Below, one piece after another: positions 8,363 through 16,536 of a stretch of DNA of 32,000 bases. Location: positions 15,699-47,698 of the forward strand of contig CAKUFG010000020.1 in NCBI GenBank assembly GCA_934647235.1, in the 5' to 3' direction. The notes under the pieces were generated by a model. It was not told the origin of the DNA. It saw only the letters and a program-made list of their open reading frames with translations, and searched no databases. A program made the translations under genes and the position numbers. Each line of letters opens with the position of its first letter. Position 1 is the first letter of the stretch. The DNA comes from an uncultured Clostridia bacterium. GTDB taxonomy: Bacteria; Bacillota; Clostridia; Christensenellales; Aristaeellaceae.

Positions 8363-10665
8363 GCAACAAGCCAGAATACCGCTATTTCGGCAAAAACGTA
8401 AAGCGTCTGGAAGCCGAGGAAATCGTTACCGGCAAAACCATTTATACTGACGACGTGCAGTTTCAGGATCTTCTGCACGTAAAGGTGCTGCGCTGCCCCT
8501 ATGCCAGCGCCAAGATCAAGCGCATGGATATCGGCGCGGCGCTCAGGGTGCCCGGCGTTACCAGCGTCAATTACTATGGCAACCTGCCCGAGCAGTGCAG
8601 AAACTGGGGCATCAACGCCCCGGCCATCGTGCCCGTGCTGCATGATTACGGCTGCTATGCGGGCGACGTGGTGGCGGTCATCGCCGCTGAAACCGAGCAG
8701 GCCGCCGAGGAAGCCCGCGATCTGATCAAGGTGGAGTACGAGGTGCTCAAGCCCGTCCTGACCGTCAAGGAGGCCATTCAGCCCGGCGCGCCGCTGGTGC
8801 ATCCCGATACCTTCCCCACCGGCAACATCGTGTTCCCCGTTATTCCCTATGTGGGCGAGGATATGATGATGCACCTGGTGCGCGGCGACGCGGACAAGGC
8901 CTTTGAAGAATGCGACTTTGTGGATGAGAGCGAAGCGCACTATGATTCTCTGGGCTGCCCGGCCGCCATGGAGCCGCCGGTGGTGGTGTGGAAGTATAAC
9001 GCCGCCCATAACGATTTCCATGCCTGGGCCTCCACACAGACTCCGCATGGCTATCGCCTGGCCGCCATGAACTGCATGGCCGGCATGAAGAACGATACCA
9101 CCGTGGTCAACGTCGGCGGCGGCTTTGGCAACAAGGCCCCCATGAACGCGCCTACGGTATACGCGGGCGTAGCAGCCGTGGCCAATCCCGGCCGTCCCTG
9201 CAAATATGCCCTGACCAAGACGGAGCAGCTGATCGGCTTTGACGAGCGCATCGGCATGTTCATGCGCTTTAAGGTGGGCATCAAGGATGGCCTGATCCAC
9301 GCCGTAAAGGGCGAGTGCTATTTGGACTGCGGCGCGTACAACACCTGCGGCCAGTGGCAGATGGGCGTGGGCCTGGGCGAAGCGCAGATTGCCCTGGGCA
9401 AGTGCAAGAACTGGGATCTGGACGGCAAGATGGTCTTTACCAACCATGTGCAGACCGGCCCCGTCCGCGGCTTTGGCGGGCAGGAAATCAAGTGCGCCAT
9501 GATGCCCATCGTCGATCGTCTGGTCAAAAAGGCCGGACTGGATCCTGTGAAGTTCCTGGCGGACAACTTTGCCGCTACGGGCGACGGCTGGTACTGGCGC
9601 AACCAGGTATGGTATAACTGCCGCGAGCAGAATTACGCCCCCGCGATCTATGAAACCGCCGAAAAATTCGGCTGGAAGGATAAGTGGGTTGGCTGGGAAA
9701 AGCCCTATAAGGAGGTGGGACGCCGTGCCTACGGCGTGGGCGTATCCACCCACGGCAACGCCGACGTGGGCGAGGACGACTGCGTGGCCTATGTCCGCAT
9801 CGATCCCGTGCAGGCGCGCGCCTATCTGCATCAGGCTGCCGCCGAGCAGGGCTGCGGCCAGCGCTCCAACCTGCGCAAGCCCGTGGCCGAAATCCTGAAC
9901 ATGGATATTGAGGATGTAATCGTCGTCGAGCAGAACACCGAGAACCAGGGCTACGGCCAGGGCCCCGCAGGCTCCCGCGGCAGCATCACCACCATGACGG
10001 CAGTTACCCGCGCCGCCGAGGATGCGCGCAATCAGCTGTTTGCCAAGGCTGCCGAGCACTGGCATGTCTCCCCCGATGAAATGGAGACGGAAAACGGCAT
10101 GATCTGGCCCAAGAACTGTCCCGAGGAAAAGCTGCCCTGGGTGATGGCCGTGCCCTTTGCCTGGCAGGCGCATGGCGTGGGTCATTATTATCACGATTAT
10201 TCCAAATCCAACTTCTGCATCTATTTCGCCGAGGTTTCGGTGGATCTGGATACGGGCGACGCGCGGCTTGAAAACGTGGCCGTCGGCTCCGATGTGGGCC
10301 AGGTGATCGACCCGGCCACGCTGGAAATGCAGTTCCACGGCGGCTTCGGCGCGGCCTGCGCCGATACGGGCCTGATGGAAGAAAACGTTATCGACCGTCC
10401 CACCGGCCGCGCGATGACCGGCAGCATGATCGATTACAAGTGGCGTCCCTTTAACGAATTCCCGCCCATCGACGTGGTGATTCAGGAGTCTCAGCCCAAT
10501 ATCTCCCGCTGGAAGGCTGTGGGTCTGGGCGAAATCTCCGGCTCCGCCGGCCCCGCCGCCATGATGATGGCCATTTCCAACGCCATCGGCACCAACTACT
10601 GCGAGTACCCGGCCAGCCGCCAGGGCATCCTGCGCGCCATGGGCAAACTGAAGGAGGGCAAGTAA
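8359..10665 (+). CDS. Molybdopterin-binding large subunit, xanthine dehydrogenase family
   Basis: The 768-aa ORF starts with an a/b-hammerhead-like N-terminus (RLEAEEIVTGKTIYTDD). It contains GGGFGNK, VRGFGGQE and GLGEISGSAGPAA motifs typical of Mo-hydroxylase catalytic subunits. Confidence 0.9.
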   Translation: MSNKPEYRYFGKNVKRLEAEEIVTGKTIYTDDVQFQDLLHVKVLRCPYASAKIKRMDIGAALRVPGVTSVNYYGNLPEQCRNWGINAPAIVPVLHDYGCYAGDVVAVIAAETEQAAEEARDLIKVEYEVLKPVLTVKEAIQPGAPLVHPDTFPTGNIVFPVIPYVGEDMMMHLVRGDADKAFEECDFVDESEAHYDSLGCPAAMEPPVVVWKYNAAHNDFHAWASTQTPHGYRLAAMNCMAGMKNDTTVVNVGGGFGNKAPMNAPTVYAGVAAVANPGRPCKYALTKTEQLIGFDERIGMFMRFKVGIKDGLIHAVKGECYLDCGAYNTCGQWQMGVGLGEAQIALGKCKNWDLDGKMVFTNHVQTGPVRGFGGQEIKCAMMPIVDRLVKKAGLDPVKFLADNFAATGDGWYWRNQVWYNCREQNYAPAIYETAEKFGWKDKWVGWEKPYKEVGRRAYGVGVSTHGNADVGEDDCVAYVRIDPVQARAYLHQAAAEQGCGQRSNLRKPVAEILNMDIEDVIVVEQNTENQGYGQGPAGSRGSITTMTAVTRAAEDARNQLFAKAAEHWHVSPDEMETENGMIWPKNCPEEKLPWVMAVPFAWQAHGVGHYYHDYSKSNFCIYFAEVSVDLDTGDARLENVAVGSDVGQVIDPATLEMQFHGGFGAACADTGLMEENVIDRPTGRAMTGSMIDYKWRPFNEFPPIDVVIQESQPNISRWKAVGLGEISGSAGPAAMMMAISNAIGTNYCEYPASRQGILRAMGKLKEGK

Positions 10666-10666
10666 G

Positions 10667-13033
10667 ATGAGGCCTTTTGAGCATAAAACGGCTGCTTCCT
10701 TCGAGGAAGCCTCCAGAATTCTGCAAAGCGAAAACGCCGAAATCCTGGCTGGCGGCACGGATATCCTCAACGCCCAGGAGCAGGCGATCCTTGAAAGCCA
10801 TCCGGATACGATGGTGGATATCAAGCGCATTCCCGGCGGCGCGGGCATTGCCGAGGATAACGGCTGCATCACTGTGGGCGCGCTGACCACCCTGACCGAT
10901 ACGGTGGAATCCGTGCTGCTGCTGGAAAAGGCTCCCGCGCTGGCGCAGGCCGCCAGAAGCGTCGCCACGCCCCTGATCCGCAATCTGGGCACCGTGGGCG
11001 GCAACCTGTGCCAGGATGTGCGCTGCTGGTTCTATCGCTATCCGCAGGAGATGGGCGGGCGGCTGGACTGCTCCCGCAAGGGCGGCGATGTGTGCTACGC
11101 CATTCAGGGTGAAAACCGCTATCACTCCGTATTCGGCGGCATGAAAACGCATGGCGGCGCGTGCCAGAGCGCGTGCCCGGTGCATACCGATATCGGTTCT
11201 TACATGGCCTCGATCCGCGCGGAGCACTGGGACGAAGCGGCGCGCCTGATCATGAACGCCAACCCCATGCCCATGCTGACCTCGCGCATCTGCCCTCATC
11301 CCTGCCAGGATAAGTGCAACCAGAACTGCTATGGCGAGTCCGTGGCCATCCATTGCGTGGAGCGTACGCTGGGCGATTATATCCTGGCGCATGCGGATAC
11401 CTTCTATCAGGCTCCCGAAAAGGAAACCGGCAAGCGCGTCGCTGTGGTGGGCGCGGGCCCTGCGGGCCTGAGCGCGGCGTACTTCCTGCGCAAGGCGGGG
11501 CACGCCGTAACGGTGATCGATGCGCATGAAAAGGCGGGCGGCGTGCTGTACTACGGTATCCCGTACTATCGTCTGCCCAAGCACATTGTGGAGCAGTTTA
11601 CCAATGCGCTGGCGGGCATGGGCATTGAGTTCCGCATGAACACCAGGGTGGGGCAGGATGTATCCGCCGAGGAGCTGGTGGCCGGCTACGATAAGGTGTT
11701 CTTCGGTACCGGCGCATGGAAGCAGCCCATCCTGGGCATTGCGGGCGAAAACCTGACGGAATTTGGCCTGAACTTCCTGGTGGAGGTCAACAGCTTCCTG
11801 AAAAAGAACATTTCCGACGACGTGCTGGTGTGCGGCGGCGGCAACGTGGCCATGGACGTGGCGCTGACCGCCAAGCGCATGGGTGCCAGAAACGTGACCC
11901 TGATCTGCCTGGAGCAGCGCAAGGAAATGCCCGCCAGCGAGGAAGAGGTAGCCCGCGCGATTGAAGAAGGCGTGGTCATCTGCAACGGCTGGGGACTCAA
12001 GGGCGTGGCGGCCGACGCGCAGGGTCAGGTGACGGGCCTGCATGCCGTCAGGTGCCTGAGCGTCTACGATGAAAACCATCGCTTTGCGCCCGTATACGAT
12101 CAGGCCCAGGAGCGGCTGTTTGACGCAAAAACCATCATCCTGGCTACCGGCCAGCGCGTGGATACCGCTTTCCTGGGCGAAAAGCTGGGCGCGCAGCTGA
12201 AGACGGCGCGCGGCCTGTTCGATGTAAATCCCGATACCTTCCGCACGCAGAATGTAAAGGTCTACGCGGGCGGCGACGCGGTGACGGGCCCCAACCTGGC
12301 GATCCGTGCCATCGCGGCCGGCGCTGCGGCAGGCAAGGATATGGCCAAGGAGCTGGGCAGTGCCTGGACGCCCTGGCAGAAGCCCGCGGACTTCCTGATC
12401 TATGATCTGAACGGCATCAAGGAGACGGCGCAGGCCAGGCTGCGTGAAAAGGCGGCTGCCGAGCGCACGCTGCTGGACGAGGACGCGCAGAGCCTGACCA
12501 TGGACGAAGCCAAGGCCGAGGCCAACCGCTGCATGAACTGCGGCTGCTACTCCGTTAACGCCTCCGACCTGGCCAACGTGCTGGTGGCGCTGGATGCTAC
12601 CCTGGTGACGACGCAGAAGGAAATCGCCGCGCGCAGCTTCTTTACCACCAGGCTCAAGGCCTACGATATGCTGGAGCTGGGCGAAATCATCAAGGCTGTA
12701 AAAATTCCCGTCAAGGCGGGGCATACCAACGGCTATATCAAGGATCGCCTGCGCAACGCCATCGACTTTGCCCTCATCGCCCTGGCCTACGATGTGAAGC
12801 TGGAGGACGGCGTGATCGCCGATATCTCCCTGGTGCTGGGTGGCGTGGCCCCCGTGCCCTATGTGCTGGATGACGTGGCGGCGCTGCTCAAGGGCAAAAA
12901 GCCCACGGCTGAGCTGGCGGCCCAGGCAGGCGAGCTGGCAATCAGCAAAGCCACGCCCATGGAGAAGAACGCCTACAAGGTAAACGGCATTCAGGCTATG
13001 GTGGAGCGCTTTGTCGCCAGCCTGGCCCAATAA
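10667..13033 (+). CDS. FAD-binding subunit (CoxM/XdhB-like) with an inserted GltD-like FeS + NAD(P)H/FAD oxidoreductase module
   Basis: The N-terminus is an FAD_binding_5-like region (ILAGGTDILN...RNLGTVGGNL). The middle is GltD-like, with CPHPCQDKC, VAVVGAGPAGLSAAYFLRKAGHAVTVIDAHEKAGGVL, VCGGGNVAMDVA and YAGGDAV. The C-terminus is a CO-dehydrogenase-flavoprotein C-domain-like region (ISLVLGGVAPVPY). Confidence 0.8.
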   Translation: MRPFEHKTAASFEEASRILQSENAEILAGGTDILNAQEQAILESHPDTMVDIKRIPGGAGIAEDNGCITVGALTTLTDTVESVLLLEKAPALAQAARSVATPLIRNLGTVGGNLCQDVRCWFYRYPQEMGGRLDCSRKGGDVCYAIQGENRYHSVFGGMKTHGGACQSACPVHTDIGSYMASIRAEHWDEAARLIMNANPMPMLTSRICPHPCQDKCNQNCYGESVAIHCVERTLGDYILAHADTFYQAPEKETGKRVAVVGAGPAGLSAAYFLRKAGHAVTVIDAHEKAGGVLYYGIPYYRLPKHIVEQFTNALAGMGIEFRMNTRVGQDVSAEELVAGYDKVFFGTGAWKQPILGIAGENLTEFGLNFLVEVNSFLKKNISDDVLVCGGGNVAMDVALTAKRMGARNVTLICLEQRKEMPASEEEVARAIEEGVVICNGWGLKGVAADAQGQVTGLHAVRCLSVYDENHRFAPVYDQAQERLFDAKTIILATGQRVDTAFLGEKLGAQLKTARGLFDVNPDTFRTQNVKVYAGGDAVTGPNLAIRAIAAGAAAGKDMAKELGSAWTPWQKPADFLIYDLNGIKETAQARLREKAAAERTLLDEDAQSLTMDEAKAEANRCMNCGCYSVNASDLANVLVALDATLVTTQKEIAARSFFTTRLKAYDMLELGEIIKAVKIPVKAGHTNGYIKDRLRNAIDFALIALAYDVKLEDGVIADISLVLGGVAPVPYVLDDVAALLKGKKPTAELAAQAGELAISKATPMEKNAYKVNGIQAMVERFVASLAQ

Positions 13034-13097
13034 GCAGGAATAACGATCGCCCGGCAGGGGGCTGCATGGACCCTCTGCCGGGCAGAAAGGGAACGAT

Positions 13098-13469
13098 ATG
13101 CTTAAAAAGATCGGAAAAGCTTTCCTGGTGGGCGGCTGCATCGGCCTCGTAGGCGAAGCGCTGATTCAGCTTGCCGGCCTGTTTATCAAGGATCCTACGA
13201 TGGCCATGATGGCGGGCATTCTGCTGTTTGGCGTCGTCGCGGTGGGGCTGATTGCGTCCGGACTGTACTTCAGAATTGCGAAGTTTGGCGAGGAGGGCGC
13301 GGCGATTCCCGTATGCGGCCTGATGTTTGGCGCGGCCACGGGCGCGGCCGCCGCGCGCGCTGCCGGAAAATCCAAAGGTCAGGCCTTCCTGACTGGCTTC
13401 TGGGGCGTAATCAAGGTGCTGGGTACGGGCTATGTGCTGGCCTTTGCCCTGGGACTGCTGCTGCGCTGA
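13098..13469 (+). CDS. SpoVAC/SpoVAEB-family membrane protein (SpoVAC-like)
   Basis: KAFLVGGCIGLVGEALIQ and FGEEGAAIPVCGLMFG resemble B. subtilis SpoVAC (AFLVGGLICLIGQ, FAGAGSAVPVTGF). The protein is hydrophobic with multiple TM segments. Confidence 0.65.
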   Translation: MLKKIGKAFLVGGCIGLVGEALIQLAGLFIKDPTMAMMAGILLFGVVAVGLIASGLYFRIAKFGEEGAAIPVCGLMFGAATGAAAARAAGKSKGQAFLTGFWGVIKVLGTGYVLAFALGLLLR

Positions 13470-13495
13470 CGCGCGCGCGGAAAGGTTAGGTTGAA

Positions 13496-13867
13496 ATGGC
13501 TTTTGTTTACGCATTCCTGATCGCGGGCTGCATCTGCGCGCTGACGCAGTGCCTGAGCAGCCTGAAGGTTCCCTTCCCGCTGGTGGCGATTCTGCTGATG
13601 GTGCTGGGCGGCGGCCTGTGTACCAAGCTGGGATTCTTTGATTGGCTCAACGCTCTCTCCGCTGCTGGCCCGGCCGTTACGGCTGTGGGCTGCGGAAACG
13701 GCGCGTATAACGCGGGCGTTGCGTTGGCTGCCGCAGGCACGGCGCAGCCGCTGCTGCTGACCGCTGCGCTCAACGTAATCCTGGTTGCTCTGGGCGCAGG
13801 CTGCGGCGATTGGCTGCACAAGCGCTTTCCCGGCGCATTTGCCCGGCAGCTGACGGAAAGCAAGTGA
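13496..13867 (+). CDS. SpoVAC/SpoVAEB-family membrane protein (SpoVAEB-like)
   Basis: MAFVYAFLIAGCICALTQ and LSAAGPAVTAVGCG resemble SpoVAEB (AFLVGGGICVIGQ, FAGAGATVPITSFG). Confidence 0.6.
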   Translation: MAFVYAFLIAGCICALTQCLSSLKVPFPLVAILLMVLGGGLCTKLGFFDWLNALSAAGPAVTAVGCGNGAYNAGVALAAAGTAQPLLLTAALNVILVALGAGCGDWLHKRFPGAFARQLTESK

Positions 13868-13871
13868 CCGT

Positions 13872-14138
13872 ATGACTGAAATGGAAAAAACGCTGGCGCA
13901 GCGGATGATCGGCCAGCGGGTGACGCATGTGTCCCTGGGCGCGGGCGTGGTGAGCGCCTGCACCAACATTGCCATGAAGGTGAAGCTGGATGAAACGGGC
14001 GAGGAATGCGCCTTCGCGTTCCCTTACTCGTTCAAGCAGTTTTTTACCGCCGAGGATCCGGCGCTTCAGCAGGAAATCCTGAATTTCTATAATTCCGGAG
14101 CCTGGGTGGCCCCGATTCACGATCATCACGATTGCTGA
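13872..14138 (+). CDS. Hypothetical small protein (88 aa)
   Basis: The ORF starts 5 nt after the preceding gene, has host-like GC, and is followed by a good terminator. I recognise no motif. Confidence 0.45.
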   Translation: MTEMEKTLAQRMIGQRVTHVSLGAGVVSACTNIAMKVKLDETGEECAFAFPYSFKQFFTAEDPALQQEILNFYNSGAWVAPIHDHHDC

Positions 14139-14205
14139 TGGTGGACATCGGCAAGGCTGCGGCCGCATCGGATGAACGCAAAAAAGCAAATGACATACTC
14201 ACTTT

Positions 14206-14237
14206 CTGCCGCCCAATGGGCGGCAGCTTTTGTGTTT
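14206..14237 (+). terminator. Rho-independent terminator
   Basis: The CTGCCGCCC-AAT-GGGCGGCAG hairpin (14206-14226) is followed by CTTTTGTGTTT. Confidence 0.75.
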
Positions 14238-14325
14238 ATGAGATTTTGCTTTTTTCAGCAGAAGAATAACCACTTGCTTCTGACTTTCTTCAGATGTGTA
14301 TGAAAATCTATAGGGGATAGGATTA

Positions 14326-14526
14326 TTACGGGGAAGCGGCAGCATCTGCTTTCGGCGAGGCGCTTAAAACGGACAAAGCCTGAGTGCTATCCGGCGCTTG
14401 CTTTACAGGCAGCTGCATTTTCAAAAAAGTAATATACTGGTGGAGAACAGCATCCTGCGCATGATCCCGCCGAAAATAGGCGCGGATGTTTTTCGTCAGG
14501 CCTGGCTCTGCTGCGTTCAGATGAAA
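14326..14526 (-). pseudogene. Possible 3' remnant of a high-GC gene truncated at the island boundary
   Basis: This start-less open frame reads FHLNAAEPGLTKNIRAYFRRDHAQDAVLHQYITFLKMQLPVKQAPDSTQALSVLSASPKADAAASP*. It begins right after the RT stop codon and has host-like composition. I see no recognisable family. Confidence 0.3.
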
Positions 14527-16536
14527 TTACCCCTTAAATTTTTGCAGTGTAAACTTGCCGTTGAGCGTTGATACACATATATATCTGAGCCGTGTTTCTT
14601 TTGTGCTTTCCAGGAACCCAACAGGAACAAACCAAGCATTAACAATGCTGAAACCGTTTGACTGCTTTACCAAAGAGAAAAGTTCTTGCAATGAATCCAG
14701 AATTGCCATCAGCTTTTGTGCGTCCGCTTTTATGCTAATCTGTTCGGCCTGAAGGCATCTTGATTCATGATGAGCGGTATTATCCTTCCACCATGGACTT
14801 AAATGATCTTTGATCTGGCTATATAATGCATCAATCTTTTTAGAAATGTCTTCATCAAGTTGGAAGGGCCACCGCAGATCGATGCTTATACTGCCTTCCC
14901 ACTCGGTTTGCTCCGATATTTCCGGTAGATATGCTGTTTCCAGCACTTGTTTTCTCTGCGGTGATAGTGTACTCAAATCCTGGCGAAATATCCATCGGTT
15001 TTCTTGCGCACTGTACAGAATGAAGCTTCCAATAGATCTTTGCGCAATTAAAGGCCGGAACCAGTTTTTCGTTGTATAATGGTATTCACCGCACTTAGTT
15101 AATTTGTCTGGTTGACCATTATCGAACTGATAATCGGAAGAATAAGATACATCTGTTGCTTCAGTGCGGATTTTTCTTATCAGTGATCGGAACAGCTCAG
15201 TATTCCAGGGATATTCAAAGCTTAAGCTTTCTTGGCCAACAGTGAGTTTCATTCGATTGATTGACAAACGGCCGGATTCATTTTCAAATTCTCTGCAAAT
15301 AGAGAACAGATGATGTCGTAGAGCACTACGATCCTTTATGCTGTCTGCAGGAATAGTAACTCGCTCCCAGCATCTGGCTGTTACTGGAAGAACTTTGAAG
15401 TGTTTTATGCGGACATATGTTTCAAGCTGCTTTTCCTGCTCATATTCCTGCAAAACTGATACATCATCTAACAAAAGACGACTCAATGCTTTATACGTTA
15501 GGCTGCCCTTATAGCCAGTTTTGATCTGCAGGAGCTTTTTTAACTTGGCAGCGCTGTCTTTGCTTGCATGAGTAATGAAAGAGACTTTACCCATTACAGA
15601 TGCAAATTGACGGCGCATTTCCCAAAGTTCAATATTTGTTTTATTTTGCAGAAGATATCCAATTTCCTTGCTTGTTTCGATTATATATCTATGACTCACT
15701 GTGATTCTGTTTTTTCTTGTTGAGGTTTTTACCATGTTTAAGCCAAGAAGATGTATTGCGTCGCCTTCTGTTTTCAATTGGCGAATATAAGTTTTCTTCT
15801 TATTCAACTCAAGTTTATGATTTGTGATCTCTGCACGAAGTATTTCAAGCGCCTGCTCCAGCTTTTCTTTTGCATCAACGCCTGTGGTGGAAATAATGAA
15901 GTCATCTGCATAGCGCGTATAACAGATGCCCTTCAGCATGCTCATGCGTTCGTCAAGATCCTTAAGAAAGATATCTGACAAAATCGGTGATGTCACAAAA
16001 CCAATCGGAAGATGACCTTTATAAAAGCATGTAGAGAGAAATTTTTTTAAGAGAGCCGTTCTTGACTTTGGCCATGAGTGGACAGCCATCAAGCGATCAA
16101 ACAACAGATCAAAAGAAACTGAATCAAAATATGAATGGATGTCAGTTTTTAAATAGGTATCTGAACGCAGATGTAATTTGAGGCAGGAATCAGTGCTTTT
16201 TCCTTTCTGATACGCAAATGATTTGGCATCAGGCTCGTAAACTCCGCCAAGAGCAAGCGCAAACAATCTATGAAAATGACGAAGCATTTGTCCTTCAGGT
16301 GTTGCCTGATACGTTATGATTTGTCTGATCTTTCCGTTTACGATTGTTTTATATAGAAAGACATACTTATCCGGGTTGAGCAGATAATTTTGAATGGTGC
16401 GTTTAAACAAAGAAGAATACTGAGTAAAAAAACTAGGGAATGAAGCCATGCCTGACACTTCTCCGCAGGAGGAATATAGGCCGTATTTATCACAATGGAC
16501 GTTTCCCAGCAAGGTTTTAATCAATTGGTTATCCAT
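14527..16536 (-). CDS. Reverse transcriptase (aa ~60-275) fused to a ~330-aa C-terminal domain of unknown function
   Basis: The RT motifs are in order: KIRQIITYQATPEG (1/2), YLKTDIHSYFDSV (3/A), LPIGFVTSPILSDIFL (4/B), YTRYADDFII (5/C, with YADD at nt 15901-15912), LELNKKKT (6) and HLLGLNM (7). The start ATG overlaps the upstream helicase stop by 8 nt (ATGGATAA). Confidence 0.85.
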   Translation of the reverse strand: MDNQLIKTLLGNVHCDKYGLYSSCGEVSGMASFPSFFTQYSSLFKRTIQNYLLNPDKYVFLYKTIVNGKIRQIITYQATPEGQMLRHFHRLFALALGGVYEPDAKSFAYQKGKSTDSCLKLHLRSDTYLKTDIHSYFDSVSFDLLFDRLMAVHSWPKSRTALLKKFLSTCFYKGHLPIGFVTSPILSDIFLKDLDERMSMLKGICYTRYADDFIISTTGVDAKEKLEQALEILRAEITNHKLELNKKKTYIRQLKTEGDAIHLLGLNMVKTSTRKNRITVSHRYIIETSKEIGYLLQNKTNIELWEMRRQFASVMGKVSFITHASKDSAAKLKKLLQIKTGYKGSLTYKALSRLLLDDVSVLQEYEQEKQLETYVRIKHFKVLPVTARCWERVTIPADSIKDRSALRHHLFSICREFENESGRLSINRMKLTVGQESLSFEYPWNTELFRSLIRKIRTEATDVSYSSDYQFDNGQPDKLTKCGEYHYTTKNWFRPLIAQRSIGSFILYSAQENRWIFRQDLSTLSPQRKQVLETAYLPEISEQTEWEGSISIDLRWPFQLDEDISKKIDALYSQIKDHLSPWWKDNTAHHESRCLQAEQISIKADAQKLMAILDSLQELFSLVKQSNGFSIVNAWFVPVGFLESTKETRLRYICVSTLNGKFTLQKFKG

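Noticed and set aside
8332-13141. Very long minus-strand ORFs (890 aa at 8332..11004 and 896 aa at 10451..13141) opposite the Mo-hydroxylase genes
   Set aside because: Their translations are low-complexity and rich in Ala, Gly, Arg and His, with no motifs. They lie antisense to + strand ORFs that carry unmistakable 2Fe-2S, Mo and FAD motifs. Long antisense open frames like these are typical of high-GC DNA.
3662-14226. Similar GC hairpins CTGCCGCCCATCGGGCGGC (minus strand, 3662-3682) and CTGCCGCCCAATGGGCGGCAG (14206-14226) as a REP-like dispersed repeat
   Set aside because: There are only two short copies, and both sit where ordinary intrinsic terminators are expected. I have no evidence for a repeat family from this window alone.
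15313-15330. An RSALRH (Rx4H) string in the RT C-terminal domain as a possible HEPN motif
   Set aside because: It is a single short occurrence with no second motif or recognisable surrounding HEPN helices. That is too weak to support a call.
14527-16536. Group II intron or DGR origin for the RT
   Set aside because: There is no maturase/X or En domain pattern, and I could not spot an intron domain V/VI-like RNA flanking the ORF. The gene is translationally coupled to a helicase. I noticed no template/variable repeat pair or DGR-type motif-4 signature. A computational repeat search would be needed to exclude DGR fully.
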